From Mizuhopecten yessoensis (taxonomy: Eukaryota), in contig NW_018403955.1 in the NCBI RefSeq assembly GCF_002113885.1, positions 220,215 through 284,214 on the forward strand: DNA of 64,000 nucleotides, read 5' to 3'. The notes beneath the pieces were generated by a model. The model made no database searches and was not told where the DNA came from. It saw nothing but the letters and a program-made list of their open reading frames with translations. Each line of letters opens with the position of its first letter. Within the stretch, counting starts at the first letter, position 1. The position numbers and the translations under genes are program-made. Shown here one piece after another: positions 63,138 through 64,000 of the stretch.

Positions 63138-64000
63138 GTGTATCCTGTAAATACTTACCAGATAGAGTACCCTGTATGTGTGTCCTGTTAATACTTACCA
63201 GATAGAGTACCCTGTATGTGTGACCTGTAAATATTTACCAGATAGAGTACGCTGTATGTGTGACCTATAAATACTTACCAGATAGAGTACCCTGTATACG
63301 TATGTACTTACCAGATAGAGTACCCTGTATGTGTGTCCTGTTAATATTTACCAGATAGAGTACCCTGTATGTGTGACCTATAAATACTTCCCAGATAGAG
63401 TACCCTGTATACGTATGTACTTACCAGATAGAGTAGCCTGTATGTGTGTCCTGTTAATATTTACCAGATAGAGTACGCTGTATGTGTGTCCTGTTAGTAT
63501 TTACCACATAGAGTACGCTGTATGTGTGTCCTGTTAGTATTTACCAGATAGAGTAACCTGTATGTGTGACCTATAAATACTTACCAGATAGAGTACCCTG
63601 CATATGTGTCCTGTTAGTATTTACCAGATAGAGTACCCTGTATATGTGTCCTGTTAATACTTACCAGATAGAGTACCCTGTATGTGTGACCTGTAAATAC
63701 TTACCAGATAGAGTACCCTGTATGTGTGTCCTGTAAATACTTACCAGATAGAGTACCCTGTATGTGTGTCCTGTAAAAACTTACCAGATAGAGAACCCTG
63801 TATATGTGTCCTGTTAATACTTACCAGATAGAGTACCCTGTATGTGTGTCCTGTAAATAATTACCAGATAGAGTACCCTGTATGTGTGACCTGTAAATAC
63901 CTACCAGATAGAGTACCCTGTATGTGTGTCCTGTAAAAACTTACCAGATAGAGAACCCTGTATATGTGTCCCGTTAATACTTACCAGATAGAGTACCCTG
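63138..64000 (-). repeat. Splice-donor-spanning 40-bp minisatellite (at least 22 copies, runs off the window) built from an FZR1 exon end plus 5' splice site
   Basis: Minus-strand unit ttaacaggacacacatacagggtactctatctg|gtaagta encodes LTGHTYRVLYL followed by GTAAGT. This is the peptide expected immediately before AMSPDGEAIVTG in FZR1, in the correct phase 0. Confidence 0.95.

Overview
AT-rich, intron-rich animal genomic DNA, probably an invertebrate such as a mollusc (an inference from composition and repeat style; the species cannot be read from the sequence). Four genes are recognisable: the last two coding exons of ALG2 (+, 546-1826); a complete 17-exon WDR70/GAD-1 model (-, 18394-2174, 689 aa); the bHLH exon of an SCL/TAL1-family gene (+, 41761-42657); and the last two exons of FZR1/Cdh1 (-, 55724-55090). 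About 20 kb of the 64 kb is minisatellite arrays with unrelated 28-63 bp units, and these produce nearly all the long ORFs in the track, which are spurious. There is also a 5'-truncated LINE with an 8-bp target-site duplication, two TTAA-flanked ~84-bp MITEs and a tRNA-derived SINE head. Main observation: three arrays are tandem amplifications of an exon 3' end plus its 5' splice site. Two are at consecutive WDR70 donors (3 copies and ~60-65 copies) and one is at an FZR1 donor (at least 22 copies). Each puts a ladder of intact GT donors just downstream of the real one, and using them would frameshift or terminate the protein. No acceptor-spanning array was seen.
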